In this document: positions 51,280 through 61,542 of the stretch, in pieces
How the letters are laid out: each line of letters starts with the position of its first letter
How positions within the stretch are numbered: position 1 is the first letter of the stretch
Made by a program: the position numbers and the translations under genes
The notes under the pieces: generated by a model
What the model saw: only the letters and a program-made list of their open reading frames with translations
What the model was told of the DNA's origin: nothing
Database searches by the model: none
NCBI GenBank assembly: GCA_041649675.1
Contig: JBAZMQ010000002.1
Span: 1,920-65,919, forward strand
Direction: 5' to 3'
Length of the DNA: 64,000 nt
Source of the DNA: Patescibacteria group bacterium
Lineage (GTDB): Bacteria > Patescibacteriota > Patescibacteriia > Buchananbacterales > UBA6539

Positions 51280-52053
51280 TTAACCTTTGCCGATCTTGGA
51301 AATAGTTTCAATCAAAACTCTCTTTACATTATTTACATTTTTTTCAAATATCTCTAAAATTTCTTCCCAAGTCACTGGCTTTTCATCTTTTTTCCAACAA
51401 TCATAATCAGTTGACATAGCAATGGCCGCATAAGGAATACCGGCTTCATTAGCCAAAATCGCCTCGGGGGCAATACTCATATTAATTATATCACCGCCCC
51501 AGCTACGAAACATGTGTGATTCGGCTCGGGTGGAAAATCTAGGACCCTCAATTGTAACAACAGTCCCCTTGTCGTGATGGGCAATATTCAGCTTCTTGCA
51601 AGATTCAATTAATAATTTTCTTAAATCTTTGGAAAACGGATCAGCCATGGGTGTATGTTTGGCATTACCAGCCCCGCCGGGAAATTCTTCAAAAAAAGTC
51701 ACAGCCCGATGCCGAGTAAAATCAATAAACTGGTCTGGAATTACTACGTGACCCCTGTTAATCTCTTGCCTTAAGCTACCACAGGCCGTAGTTGCGATAA
51801 TATAATTGCAACCCTGATCTTTTAAGGCTTGAATATTGGCCCGAAAATTAACGGCCGTTGGCGGAATTTTGTGTTCTTTGCCGTGCCGGGCAATAATACA
51901 AACATCAATACCGTTTAACTTGCCACAAGTCAAAAGTGAAGTTGGCTTACCAAAGGGAGTATCAATTTCCAAATCTTTAAAATCACTTAAAAGTTTTGGA
52001 TCATCTAGACCCGAACCGCCGATGATACCGATTTTTATTGCTTGATTTGACAT
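51280..52053 (-). CDS. mtnP: S-methyl-5'-thioadenosine phosphorylase
   Basis: IIGGSG, RHG, EGPRFSTRAES, STDYDCW. Confidence 0.93.
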   Translation of the reverse strand: MSNQAIKIGIIGGSGLDDPKLLSDFKDLEIDTPFGKPTSLLTCGKLNGIDVCIIARHGKEHKIPPTAVNFRANIQALKDQGCNYIIATTACGSLRQEINRGHVVIPDQFIDFTRHRAVTFFEEFPGGAGNAKHTPMADPFSKDLRKLLIESCKKLNIAHHDKGTVVTIEGPRFSTRAESHMFRSWGGDIINMSIAPEAILANEAGIPYAAIAMSTDYDCWKKDEKPVTWEEILEIFEKNVNNVKRVLIETISKIGKG

Positions 52054-52118
52054 ATTTTAGAATTAGGAATATTGAATTATGAATTAGGAATAGTTTACCT
52101 TAATTCATGATTCTTAAT

Positions 52119-52667
52119 TCATGATTCAATATTTTCGTTATCATAATCTATTAAAAAATGTACTGGATAATTCAACTCTGCCAATTTCTTAAGTCCGGGT
52201 AGAAACGACAAATTAATAATTACATCAATACCCACAATTTCTCCACCCATTTGTTTGACTAAATCAACGGTGGCCAATATCGTTCCACCAGTAGCTAATA
52301 AATCATCAATGATAATTACTTTTTCACCGGGTTTAATCGTATCTTGGTGCATTTCAATCGTATCAGGCTCATATTCTTTTTCATAACTTGCCTGCTTGGT
52401 CGCATAAGGTAATTTTCCTTTTTTACGAACCACTGATAAACCAGCGCCCAATTTATAAGCCACAACCGAAGCCAATAGAAAACCTCTGGCATCAATACCA
52501 ACCACCTTTTCAATCCCCTTGCCTTCGTAGGGCTGGCACAATTCATCAATAATTTTTTTGAATGCCTCCTTGTCTTCAAAAAGCGTTGTTATGTCAAAAA
52601 ATAAAATTCCGGGTTTGGGAAAATTGGGCACTTTGCGAATTTTTGAGTCCAAATATGCACGATCCAT
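52119..52667 (-). CDS. apt: Adenine phosphoribosyltransferase
   Basis: FPKPGILFFDIT, DARGF, IDDLLATGGT. Confidence 0.95.
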   Translation of the reverse strand: MDRAYLDSKIRKVPNFPKPGILFFDITTLFEDKEAFKKIIDELCQPYEGKGIEKVVGIDARGFLLASVVAYKLGAGLSVVRKKGKLPYATKQASYEKEYEPDTIEMHQDTIKPGEKVIIIDDLLATGGTILATVDLVKQMGGEIVGIDVIINLSFLPGLKKLAELNYPVHFLIDYDNENIES

Positions 52668-52845
52668 AACCTTAAATTAAGCTTTAAATTATAACTTAAT
52701 TGTAGCCAAAAAAACCAATAAAAACAAGGCGAGAATTTTAACTTCGCCTTGTTAAATCTTATTAATTTTATAACCTGCCAATCTACTTCCTACCTTTCTG
52801 CTACCCTGGTATTAACAGTCATGATAAAGTAAAAAATCAGCCGGC

Positions 52846-54171
52846 CTATAAATCTAAGTACCTTTTCAATTCCCTTGGCGTGACTTCAGTTTTCTGTTCA
52901 TCAATTTCTATGTTTTTAGCATCAATGAATCTATCTAAAGTATGTTTAGTAATTGAATTGATGATTATTTCATCTTTATTTAATTCATCAATCGCTTCTT
53001 GAAGCGAGCCTGGCAGGCTAGATATTTTTAACTCTTGCTTTCTGGTGCTGTCTAAATGATAGATATCTTCTTCAACTGCCTTAGACAACGGGATGTTATT
53101 TTCAATTCCGTCTAAACCGGCCTCTAAAATGGCGGCAAAAGCCAAATAAGGATTACACGACGGATCAGGCGATCGAAGTTCAACTCTGGTGGATTGCTCA
53201 CGGCCGGGCGTAAACCGCGGGATTCGGATAAGGGCCGAACGATTCATTTGGGCCCAGCAAATATTAACCGGGGCTTCATAACCCGGAATCAATCTTTTGA
53301 ACGAATTGGTAGTTGGGTTGGTTAAGGCCGTAAAACTTCGGCTATGTTTGAGTAATCCAGCAATAAACTGATAGGCAATCTTTGACAACTTGTAACCATT
53401 ATTATCTTCGTAAAACAAATTATTACCTTTTTGGTCAAATAAGCTTAAGTGAACATGCATACCTGATCCATTAATGCCGGCAAATGGTTTTGGCATAAAG
53501 GTCGCATTAACACCATAGCTTTGCGCAATCGCCTTGATAGTAGTTTTCAAAGTAATAATATTGTCAGCAGTATTTAAGGCATCAGCATAACGAAAATCTA
53601 TTTCATGCTGACCAACGGCTACCTCATGATGTCCAGCTTCAATTTTTATGTTTAACTCAGATGAAGCCTTTATTACATCTTCCCTAATTTTTGAAGCAAC
53701 ATCAAAAGGCGAGAAATCAAAATAGCCACCGTAATCATGAGGTACCGGAGCTAAATTACTGTCTTTCTGCAAAAGAAAAAATTCTAGTTCAGCGCCAACA
53801 TTTAAAACATACCCTTTTTCTTCTGCCTTTTTCATGGCTTGGCGTAAAATGTAACGCGGGTCGCCGCTAAAGGGTTTTAAATCCGGCCCATAGACATCAC
53901 AGATAATTCTCGCCGCCTTATTATCTTTTGTACTCCAAGGTAAAGTGCAATAAGTTTTTGCATCCGGCATTAGCAGCTGATCACTCTCGGCGATTCTAGC
54001 AAATCCTTCAATTGACGAACCATCAAACCAGATCCCTTTTTCCAAAGCCCCGGGCAACTGCTCGGTCGGAATAACGACATCTTTGGGTACGCCCAAAATA
54101 TCGGTAAACTGCAAATGAATGTACTTAACATTGTCTTTTTCTACTTTTTCTAAAAGTGTTTCTTTGCTCAT
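52846..54171 (-). CDS. glnA: Glutamine synthetase type I (start MSKETL)
   Basis: FDGSSI, HHEVAVGQHE, FMPKP, NGSGMHVH, RLIPGYEAP, ELRSPD. Confidence 0.96.
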   Translation of the reverse strand: MSKETLLEKVEKDNVKYIHLQFTDILGVPKDVVIPTEQLPGALEKGIWFDGSSIEGFARIAESDQLLMPDAKTYCTLPWSTKDNKAARIICDVYGPDLKPFSGDPRYILRQAMKKAEEKGYVLNVGAELEFFLLQKDSNLAPVPHDYGGYFDFSPFDVASKIREDVIKASSELNIKIEAGHHEVAVGQHEIDFRYADALNTADNIITLKTTIKAIAQSYGVNATFMPKPFAGINGSGMHVHLSLFDQKGNNLFYEDNNGYKLSKIAYQFIAGLLKHSRSFTALTNPTTNSFKRLIPGYEAPVNICWAQMNRSALIRIPRFTPGREQSTRVELRSPDPSCNPYLAFAAILEAGLDGIENNIPLSKAVEEDIYHLDSTRKQELKISSLPGSLQEAIDELNKDEIIINSITKHTLDRFIDAKNIEIDEQKTEVTPRELKRYLDL

Positions 54172-54216
54172 AGTTAATTGTTTCCGCCATAGGCGGAAAT
54201 TGTTAATTGTTAAACT

Positions 54217-54275
54217 AAAAAAAGGCGTCAAATTAGAGGACGTCTTCGTCAAACTTCTGACACGCCGTTGTGTCA
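54217..54275 (-). promoter_or_regulatory. ANTAR-type dual hexaloop hairpins overlapping a terminator upstream of glnA
   Basis: GACAC-AACGGC-GTGTC and GAC-GAAGAC-GTC; the second overlaps the GACGTC..GACGCC+U7 terminator; promoter TTGCAA-N16-TAATAT upstream. Confidence 0.78.
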
Positions 54276-54336
54276 TCTATATATTAGCATAACTGGAAAA
54301 TTTTGCAAGGTTGAGATGTGGATATCTTAACCAAAA

Positions 54337-54433
54337 CCCCTCACCCACTCAGTAAAACTTAAGTCCCTCTCCCCGCTTGAGGCGGGGAGAGGGTGGTCGC
54401 CTCGAGCTTGTCGAGAGGCGACCGGGTGAGGGG
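54337..54433. repeat. GC-rich cruciform REP-like element, copy 2
   Basis: Same arms as 50314-50389 with different internal hairpins. Confidence 0.8.
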
Positions 54434-54435
54434 CC

Positions 54436-55140
54436 CTACTTGATCACTTCTTGGGCTAAAATAATCGCCTCAGCCACTTCTTTTAGCGACCGACGCTTAT
54501 CCATACTTTTTTTAACTAAAAGCCGATGAGCCTCCTCTTCAGTCAAACCGCCGTTTTTCATCAAAATCGCCTTGGCCTTGTTAATCAATTTTTGGGTCTC
54601 CAAAGCTTCTTTTAAAACATTAGTTTCGGAAATCAATCTTGAGACTTCCAAAATTCCGCCGATTTGTTTAGCAATGGTTTCTAAAAAGCTGATTTCTTTT
54701 TTCTGATATTTTTTGGATTTTTTGTGCTGAACGTTAATGACGCCAATCACGCTGTTTTTAAAAATAATGGGTACGGATAAAAAACCTTCAAATTTATCTT
54801 CGGGTAAACTGGAAAACAATTTGAACCGCTTATCTTCATAAGCTTTGCTAAAAATTGCTACTGATTTTTTGGTTTCCGCTACCCAGCCGGTAATACCTTC
54901 ACCAACTTTCATTTTAATCTTAGCTAAATTGGAATGATGCGGATTTTGTGAGGCTTTTAAAATTACTTCATCGCCAGAAATTAAATAAATAAAACAAGAA
55001 TCAGCTTTGGTGATTTTACCAATAATTTTTGCAATATTATTCAAAATTTCTTTCAAATCAAAACCGTTGCCGATGGTATCAATAATCTCCTGCAAAATCG
55101 CTAAATTGTTTTTTACGTCTGAATTTTGATCCTTAGACAT
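54436..55140 (-). CDS. GAF-ANTAR RNA-binding antiterminator
   Basis: GAF domain (GEGITGWVA) plus ANTAR domain (INKAKAILM..LTEEEAHRLLVKKSMDKRRSLKEVAEAII). Confidence 0.92.
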   Translation of the reverse strand: MSKDQNSDVKNNLAILQEIIDTIGNGFDLKEILNNIAKIIGKITKADSCFIYLISGDEVILKASQNPHHSNLAKIKMKVGEGITGWVAETKKSVAIFSKAYEDKRFKLFSSLPEDKFEGFLSVPIIFKNSVIGVINVQHKKSKKYQKKEISFLETIAKQIGGILEVSRLISETNVLKEALETQKLINKAKAILMKNGGLTEEEAHRLLVKKSMDKRRSLKEVAEAIILAQEVIK

Positions 55141-55143
55141 ATC

Positions 55144-55662
55144 CTATTTTACTTTATTATATTGTTCAATCGCTTCATCGATAATTTTTATATCCTTAAT
55201 TATTTTACTGGCTGGCTGCTGCTGATACCCCTTAATCCAGACGACGGCTTGACTGATATCATTAACAATGCAATCTGAGGTTGAATAAATAAACGGATTA
55301 ACCCAATCTTTTATCAATTCACCCTCAAAAATAACATTTGATTTCCTATGGTGCGAATTTTTGGGTAAAACCACGACCACCGGCCTGGAAAAATACTTGG
55401 CAATTAATATTTCCTGTGCGGTTCCTACTCCTAATTTCTCTTCAGCATAAACTACCACCAAATCGGAATTCTTGATTATATCTGAATCATGGCCAAAAGT
55501 TATAAATGGCCTTGTCTCGTCCAGCCATTGATCGCCGTAAAAAAATTCGGCATTCTTAATCTTAGCCAATTCAGTTTTATACTTGACTTTCCAATCCTGC
55601 CAATTTTTTCTAGCCTTATCACCTTTTGGGATAGGGCCAATTAGACAAATCTTGAAAGACAT
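55144..55662 (-). CDS. Nucleoside 2-deoxyribosyltransferase-like protein
   Basis: LIGP, DxDIIKNSDLVVV, GVGTAQE. Confidence 0.6.
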   Translation of the reverse strand: MSFKICLIGPIPKGDKARKNWQDWKVKYKTELAKIKNAEFFYGDQWLDETRPFITFGHDSDIIKNSDLVVVYAEEKLGVGTAQEILIAKYFSRPVVVVLPKNSHHRKSNVIFEGELIKDWVNPFIYSTSDCIVNDISQAVVWIKGYQQQPASKIIKDIKIIDEAIEQYNKVK

Positions 55663-55720
55663 ATTTAATTACTGTTTACTATCAACCATAAACTACAAAC
55701 TATTTACTATAAGCTAACAG

Positions 55721-56638
55721 CTAAAAGCTCTTAAACCACGCCACCGTTTCTTTAATTCCCTCTTCTAGTTTCACTTGTGGCTGCCAACCCAACTCGGTTT
55801 TAACTTTGCTGTAATCCAAACAACTTCTTTGCTGCTCGCCGGGTTTGGCCGGTCCGTGAGTGATTTCAATGTTATCTTTGATATTATTTTTAATTAATTC
55901 AGCCAGCTGATTAACATCAGTTTCAACACTGGTACCAATGTTATAAGTATCAATCTTGGCCGATTCCAAGGCCAACATATTAGCCAAAACCACATCACCA
56001 ACATATACGTAATCCCGCGTTTGCTTACCATCTCCCCAAATTGTTGGCGACTTTTTCTTCAATAGCTGGTCGCAAAAAATCGCTACCACACCAGCTTCAC
56101 CTTTGGCATTTTGGCGCGGACCATAAACATTGGCATAGCGCAAGATAACATAAGGTAAGCCAAAAATTTGATGATAATAATACAAATATTTCTCAATTGC
56201 TAGCTTGGCAATCCCGTAGGGTGAGATTGGTTTTTCCAAATAAGTTTCGGGCGTGGGAATCGTTTCGGCTTCGCCATAAATCGCGCCACCAGTTGAAGAA
56301 AAAATTATTTTTTTTACCCCAAAATTTTTACAATTTTCTAAAAGATTAATTGAACCTAAAATGTTTTGTTCAGCGTCCCAAACCGGATCAGCGACTGACT
56401 TTCTGACATCAATTTGCGCCGCTAGGTGAAAAACTATTTCGGGTTTTTGTTCATTAAAAATATCAGCCAATTTTTTATCGGTTAAATCAAGCTTAAAAAA
56501 TTTGGCTTTTGGGTTTAAATTATTCTTGTTGCCAGTTGATAGATTATCAACGACCAAGACTTCGTGATCTTTGGCAATCAAAGCGTCAACTATATGGCTG
56601 CCGATAAAACCTGCGCCGCCGGTGACTAGAGTTTTCAT
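55721..56638 (-). CDS. NAD-dependent epimerase (UDP-glucose 4-epimerase-like)
   Basis: [23 protein letters not shown]. Confidence 0.9.
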   Translation of the reverse strand: MKTLVTGGAGFIGSHIVDALIAKDHEVLVVDNLSTGNKNNLNPKAKFFKLDLTDKKLADIFNEQKPEIVFHLAAQIDVRKSVADPVWDAEQNILGSINLLENCKNFGVKKIIFSSTGGAIYGEAETIPTPETYLEKPISPYGIAKLAIEKYLYYYHQIFGLPYVILRYANVYGPRQNAKGEAGVVAIFCDQLLKKKSPTIWGDGKQTRDYVYVGDVVLANMLALESAKIDTYNIGTSVETDVNQLAELIKNNIKDNIEITHGPAKPGEQQRSCLDYSKVKTELGWQPQVKLEEGIKETVAWFKSF

Positions 56639-56715
56639 ATTTTAGCTTCTTAGCTTATTAGCTTCTTAGCTTATTAGGGAACTAAAAAGCTAAAAAGCTA
56701 CCACCTAAAAAGCGG

Positions 56716-57648
56716 CTACAAAACTTTTCTAAAATATTCTATCGTCTTTCCCAGCCCTTCTTGCAGCTGCACTGTCGGCTCCCAGCCCAACTTCTCTTTT
56801 GCCAAACTGATATCCGGCTTTCTCTGCTTTGGATCATCTTGTGGTAATTCTTTATAAATAATTTTATTTTTACTACCAGCCAAACTAATTACCATTTCTG
56901 CCAATTGTTTAATCGTAAATTCACCCGGATTACCTAAATTAACCGGTCCGGTCCAACCGTCAGACTCCATCATGGTGTATAAGCCCAAAACTAAATCGGA
57001 AACAAAACAAAACGACCGGGTTTGGCTACCATCACCATAAATTGTAATATCCTGGCCCTTTAAAGCTTGAACGATAAAATTAGACACTACTCGGCCATCA
57101 TCCCAAGACATATTCGGACCGTAAGTGTTAAAAATACGAGCGACTTTAACTGGAATCTTATCTTGCCGATGATAATCAAAAAATAAAGTTTCAGCGCAGC
57201 GCTTGCCTTCATCATAACAAGCCCGCGGGCCGATTGGATTAACATTACCATTATAACTTTCGGGCTGAGGGTGAACATTGGGATCACCATAAACTTCAGA
57301 AGTTGAGGCTTGTAAAACCTTTATACCGCCACCAAGTTCTTTGGAAAGCTCCAAACAATTAATCGCTCCCAAAACATTGGTTTTGACCGTTTCCACCGGC
57401 GTTCTCTGATAGTGCACGGGTGAAGCCGGGCAGGCGAGGTTGTAAATTTGATCAACGGCAACATTAAAAGGTTTGGTCACGTCATGCTCCAAAAGTTCAA
57501 AATTAAGATTATTCAATAAGCCCTCAATATTACGTTTTTGACCAGTAAAAAAATTATCCAGACAGACAACCTGGTTTCCTTTAGCTATTAAGAATTGACA
57601 GAGATGCGAACCAATAAACCCCGCACCACCAGTGACTAGAATTTTCAT
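56716..57648 (-). CDS. UDP-glucuronate decarboxylase family
   Basis: [37 protein letters not shown]. Confidence 0.92.
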   Translation of the reverse strand: MKILVTGGAGFIGSHLCQFLIAKGNQVVCLDNFFTGQKRNIEGLLNNLNFELLEHDVTKPFNVAVDQIYNLACPASPVHYQRTPVETVKTNVLGAINCLELSKELGGGIKVLQASTSEVYGDPNVHPQPESYNGNVNPIGPRACYDEGKRCAETLFFDYHRQDKIPVKVARIFNTYGPNMSWDDGRVVSNFIVQALKGQDITIYGDGSQTRSFCFVSDLVLGLYTMMESDGWTGPVNLGNPGEFTIKQLAEMVISLAGSKNKIIYKELPQDDPKQRKPDISLAKEKLGWEPTVQLQEGLGKTIEYFRKVL

Positions 57649-57693
57649 AATCAATAGAAATCAGAGAGCAGATGTTAGAAATCAGACCAAAAC

Positions 57694-58819
57694 CTATCGC
57701 TGATTTCTATTCTCTGTTTTCTGTTCTCTGTTTATGTATTTTAAATACGATTTAACGAATTCGTCAAGCCCCCCGTCTAAAACCGAATCCGGATCAGTAG
57801 TCTCAAAGTCAGTCCGATGGTCTTTAACTAGCTTGTAGGGCTGTAAGACGTATGAACGAATTTGATTGCCCCATTCAGCGGACAACACCTCTCCCCTAAT
57901 TTCAGCCAGCTCCTTGCCCTTAGCGGCCTCCAATAGCTTCACCAACTTAGCTTGCAATAGCTTCATGGCAATCTTTTTGTTCTGAACCTGTGAACGCTCA
58001 CTTTGTGATTTAACCACTACCCCGCTTGGCAAATGAGTAATCCTTACAGCCGAATCAGTGGTATTAACACTTTGACCGCCGTGGCCGCCGGAACGAAAAA
58101 CATCAATTTTTAAATCTTCAGACTTAATTGCTAACTCTTCGGCATCGGCCAAAACCGGCATTACTTCAACCAAGGCAAAAGAGGTGTGACGCATTTTTTC
58201 CGCGTCAAAGGGCGAAATTCTTACCAAACGATGAACCCCGGCTTCTGATTTCAAATTACCATAAGCGTAATAACCAGAAATTTCTGCTGTCACGCTTTTA
58301 ATACCGGCTTCCTGGCCCTTGGTTTCATCAACAATTTTTACCGAAAAATTTTTATTTTCACAAAAGCGTAAATACATGCGCAAAAGCATTTGCGCCCAAT
58401 CTTGAGCTTCGGTGCCACCAGTACCAGCATGAATGGATAAAATCGCATCATGGCTGTCGTACTTAGCAGAAAACAAAACAAAAAACTCTAATTTTTCAAA
58501 AGTTTTAGTTAAATTATCAACTTCCTTGGTCAATTCTTTTTCTAGCGTTACCTCATTTTCTTTTTGGGCTTCTTTAGCCAATTCTAAGTTGTCATCAATT
58601 CTTTTGGTAATACTTTCCCATTGTTCAACCACCGACTTTAAATTTTCGCACTTCTGGCTGACCGTCTTGGCTTGCTGTTGATTTTGCCAAAAATCTGGCT
58701 GGTTGATTTCTGATTCTAATTTTTTGATTTCACGTTTCAGACCAGCCAGGTCAAAGTAACCTCCGAACGGCTGCCACTTTAGTTTTCAGCTCACTTAAAT
58801 TTTGAATAATTTCTTTCAT
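57694..58819 (-). CDS. prfB: Peptide chain release factor 2 with programmed +1 frameshift
   Basis: ATG 58819...GGAGG TTA CTT TGA C at 58750-58764; SPF and GGQ motifs. Confidence 0.96.
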
Positions 58820-58849
58820 CTTGTTAATTCAAATATAAACTATAATATT

Positions 58850-59248
58850 TTAGCGACTAACACACCCAGAGCTACGATCAAAGGTCATGGCTGTACCAGC
58901 ATTATCACAAAGACAAAAATTGCCTAATTGATTACGGTACCACTGCCCGCCAGTATTTTGGCACAAACCTTTTTGCTGAGTAAGTGAAGCAGCAGTTTGA
59001 CGTGAAACCCGGTGGCAACTCTTAAAAACCATTTCTTTACAGTCTATACAGGCCGGCTGATAAATTCCTTCACAAAAATCATTCAAAAAACACTCCTTCT
59101 CGTCCAAAATATTACCACAAATGGCCAAACTGGCTGAATAATGATTAACCAAAGCATCAACTTGCTGGCGGTAAAGAACTGCAAAAGTAACTCCAATCAT
59201 AGCAACAATGACAAAGATGGAAAAAATAATAATGGTTCTTTTTGACAT
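58850..59248 (-). CDS. Membrane-anchored Cys-rich hypothetical protein
   Basis: N-terminal TM, about 10 Cys. Confidence 0.75.
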   Translation of the reverse strand: MSKRTIIIFSIFVIVAMIGVTFAVLYRQQVDALVNHYSASLAICGNILDEKECFLNDFCEGIYQPACIDCKEMVFKSCHRVSRQTAASLTQQKGLCQNTGGQWYRNQLGNFCLCDNAGTAMTFDRSSGCVSR

Positions 59249-59273
59249 ATTATTAAAATTATTAACTAACGTT

Positions 59274-59597
59274 TCAAAATTGATACAAAAATCTTTTTAA
59301 ATTTATTTTGTTTCCAGATTCAATTTCAATCCCCTCTTTTTTTAAAAGTGATAACTTCTTTTTGCTCCCCGCGACATAACCCCCGACTTGGCCGCTTGAT
59401 TTAACTACGCGATGACAAGGAATTTTTACCAGACAGGTATTCTTATTTAAGGCATTGCCAACCGCCCTGGCCGCCTTGGGTCGATTTAAAACTTCGGCCA
59501 ACAATTTATAAGTTACAACCTTACCTTGAGGAATTAATTTTACCTTATTTAATACCTGATTTTGAAAAGACTCTAATTTTTTAGCTTTGATCGGCAT
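59274..59597 (-). CDS. MGMT/Ogt family DNA alkyltransferase (start MPIKAK)
   Basis: ARAVGNAL, IPCHRVV. Confidence 0.9.
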   Translation of the reverse strand: MPIKAKKLESFQNQVLNKVKLIPQGKVVTYKLLAEVLNRPKAARAVGNALNKNTCLVKIPCHRVVKSSGQVGGYVAGSKKKLSLLKKEGIEIESGNKINLKRFLYQF

Positions 59598-59598
59598 A

Positions 59599-59901
59599 CT
59601 ACCTTTTAAGTTGCTGTTGCAGTTGTTCAAGACTATTGATACCGGCTGACTGCGAACCCAAAAGCTGCTGATACGAATCAATTGTCTGTTTTAATAAGGG
59701 CGGCAAAAAATAAATTCCCAAAATTGTTGGCACGACAATAATTAAAATTTTTACTACTGTCCAAACTCGTTGCCAGGCAATCCAGCGCCGCAAAGCCAAA
59801 ACTGCCTCCTTAGTCTCTAAAGAAACTTTTAAATTTTGCTGCAAAAGCTGCTCTAGCTCATCAATTCTTGGTTGGTTGGACTGATTATTTTCTTCTGCCA
59901 T
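59599..59901 (-). CDS. Single-TM hypothetical protein
   Basis: 100-aa ORF, coiled-coil plus TM. Confidence 0.75.
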   Translation of the reverse strand: MAEENNQSNQPRIDELEQLLQQNLKVSLETKEAVLALRRWIAWQRVWTVVKILIIVVPTILGIYFLPPLLKQTIDSYQQLLGSQSAGINSLEQLQQQLKR

Positions 59902-60002
59902 ATTAATTTTTCATTCCTTGTACTCTAATAATTATACAATATTTTACCAAATTTAGCCAAACAAAAAAGAACTTAAATTTAAGTCCTCTTTTGTTTATAA
60001 AT

Positions 60003-60542
60003 TCATTGATTGATTATAGTTTTTACAGCTATCTGTCGTCTAGTGGCTAAAAATAAAACCGCTTCATATGCGCCAAACAAGGCTCCGGTGTAAACTAAAT
60101 CGCTTAGCAAAGTGGCCCTAAAAAACGGCAAAGCCGCAATAAAACAATGACTCAAGCCGGCTAAATTTTTGGCATACCAAGGAGAAAATTGCCAAACCGC
60201 TAAGTTAGTAACGGCAAAAAACAAAACTGAGGCAAAAACACTGGCGGCAAATATTGTCTCAAAACTCTTATATTTTTTCAACTGGCTGGCCAAAAGACCA
60301 ATTATCAAATAACTGCCATAGACTGCTGCCATTAACGGCCAAGAATAAAAACCAATAAAAAAATCGCCAATTAGCATTGTCAGAGCCAAAACTGGCAAAA
60401 CATACTTTCGACCCAAATAAAACCCAGCAAACAAAGAAATGGCCGCAATCGGCGCAAAATTGCCAACGTGAGGCAATAACCGGCAAACAATTCCCAAAGC
60501 CACCAAAAAAATAGCGGCAATAATTTTAGTTCTTGTGTCCAT
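60003..60542 (-). CDS. Putative cobalamin transporter (DUF6580/BtuM-like S-component)
   Basis: RLLPHVGNFAPIAAISLFAG, FFAVTN, ALPFFR; last gene of the B12-riboswitch operon. Confidence 0.75.
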   Translation of the reverse strand: MDTRTKIIAAIFLVALGIVCRLLPHVGNFAPIAAISLFAGFYLGRKYVLPVLALTMLIGDFFIGFYSWPLMAAVYGSYLIIGLLASQLKKYKSFETIFAASVFASVLFFAVTNLAVWQFSPWYAKNLAGLSHCFIAALPFFRATLLSDLVYTGALFGAYEAVLFLATRRQIAVKTIINQ

Positions 60543-60549
60543 ATAATTT

Positions 60550-61011
60550 TTAATGCTTTATTAAATTAAATTGGTTAGAAACATATTTCCACTCAACAAT
60601 ATCACCGTTCTTTAAACTATAATTGCTGGCCCCGGTTTCAGCGTAGATGTTGTCAACCCAATAATGCCAAAACTGGTTGGTCTTGTCGCTATTGGTATAT
60701 TTGTTGATTGATTCAACCAAGACTCCTAATTCCTTGCCATAATCTTTGGTTTTAAATTCTAAGTTACTGTCCGTTGTCACCTTCTTTAGTAAATCTAAAA
60801 CCGTTGCCTGGTTGGTCAAAGCCACATTGTTAAAAGTTTGCACCTGGCCATCGCCAAAATCAAGCATTAAATTAACCTTGATCTCCTGCTCTAATTGAGC
60901 TTGATTAACCGACGGTAAATTGATTGGCGGTGTCCAAAGGCCTTTTTGGCCGACATAAACCCCACCACAAAAAATCGCAGCTAAAATGATGATTTTGATT
61001 AATAATTTCAT
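60550..61011 (-). CDS. DUF4430 (transcobalamin C-terminal-like) protein
   Basis: LVESIN..FWHYWVDN..GASNYSLKNGDIVEWKY. Confidence 0.82.
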   Translation of the reverse strand: MKLLIKIIILAAIFCGGVYVGQKGLWTPPINLPSVNQAQLEQEIKVNLMLDFGDGQVQTFNNVALTNQATVLDLLKKVTTDSNLEFKTKDYGKELGVLVESINKYTNSDKTNQFWHYWVDNIYAETGASNYSLKNGDIVEWKYVSNQFNLIKH

Positions 61012-61536
61012 TTAAACTTTGGGGTTATTTTTTAAATCCTTAATTTTTCTATTCTTTAATAATTTTACTCCAAAAATAGCAACCAGACAAGCTACAACTA
61101 ATACTCCAACCAAGTACCAAATCCACCAACCACAGCTAACAATTGTGATTGGAATTTTTACGCCCGAAGCAGCAGCCAATCCCGCGTTAGCCAAAGGGTG
61201 GGCCACCACTGAAATATTAGTATTAAATCGGCCTGGATTTTTTAGATTAACTTTTACTTTAACAATTTGGCTGCCATCGGGCTCAAGCCGAAAATCAGTT
61301 GGTTCCAATTTGAGCTCTCGCTGCAAGCCGTCAGGATAAATCTCATAGCGAGCGGGCTCTTGGGAAATATTGACCACTAAAAATTCGCTTATCACTTCCC
61401 GGCCAGTAATGGCTAAGATATTAATTTCTTTAGGTTTTACGCCAACGCCAATAGCTTGAGCTTGGTTGGCTAAAAATAGACAGACTAAAGTCATTGTTAC
61501 CCAACCAAGCTTTTTAATGGGATTATATCTTACCAT
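61012..61536 (-). CDS. Exported Ig-like protein with C-terminal TM
   Basis: Signal peptide, GVGVKP, C-terminal hydrophobic anchor. Confidence 0.7.
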   Translation of the reverse strand: MVRYNPIKKLGWVTMTLVCLFLANQAQAIGVGVKPKEINILAITGREVISEFLVVNISQEPARYEIYPDGLQRELKLEPTDFRLEPDGSQIVKVKVNLKNPGRFNTNISVVAHPLANAGLAAASGVKIPITIVSCGWWIWYLVGVLVVACLVAIFGVKLLKNRKIKDLKNNPKV

Positions 61537-61542
61537 AAATGA

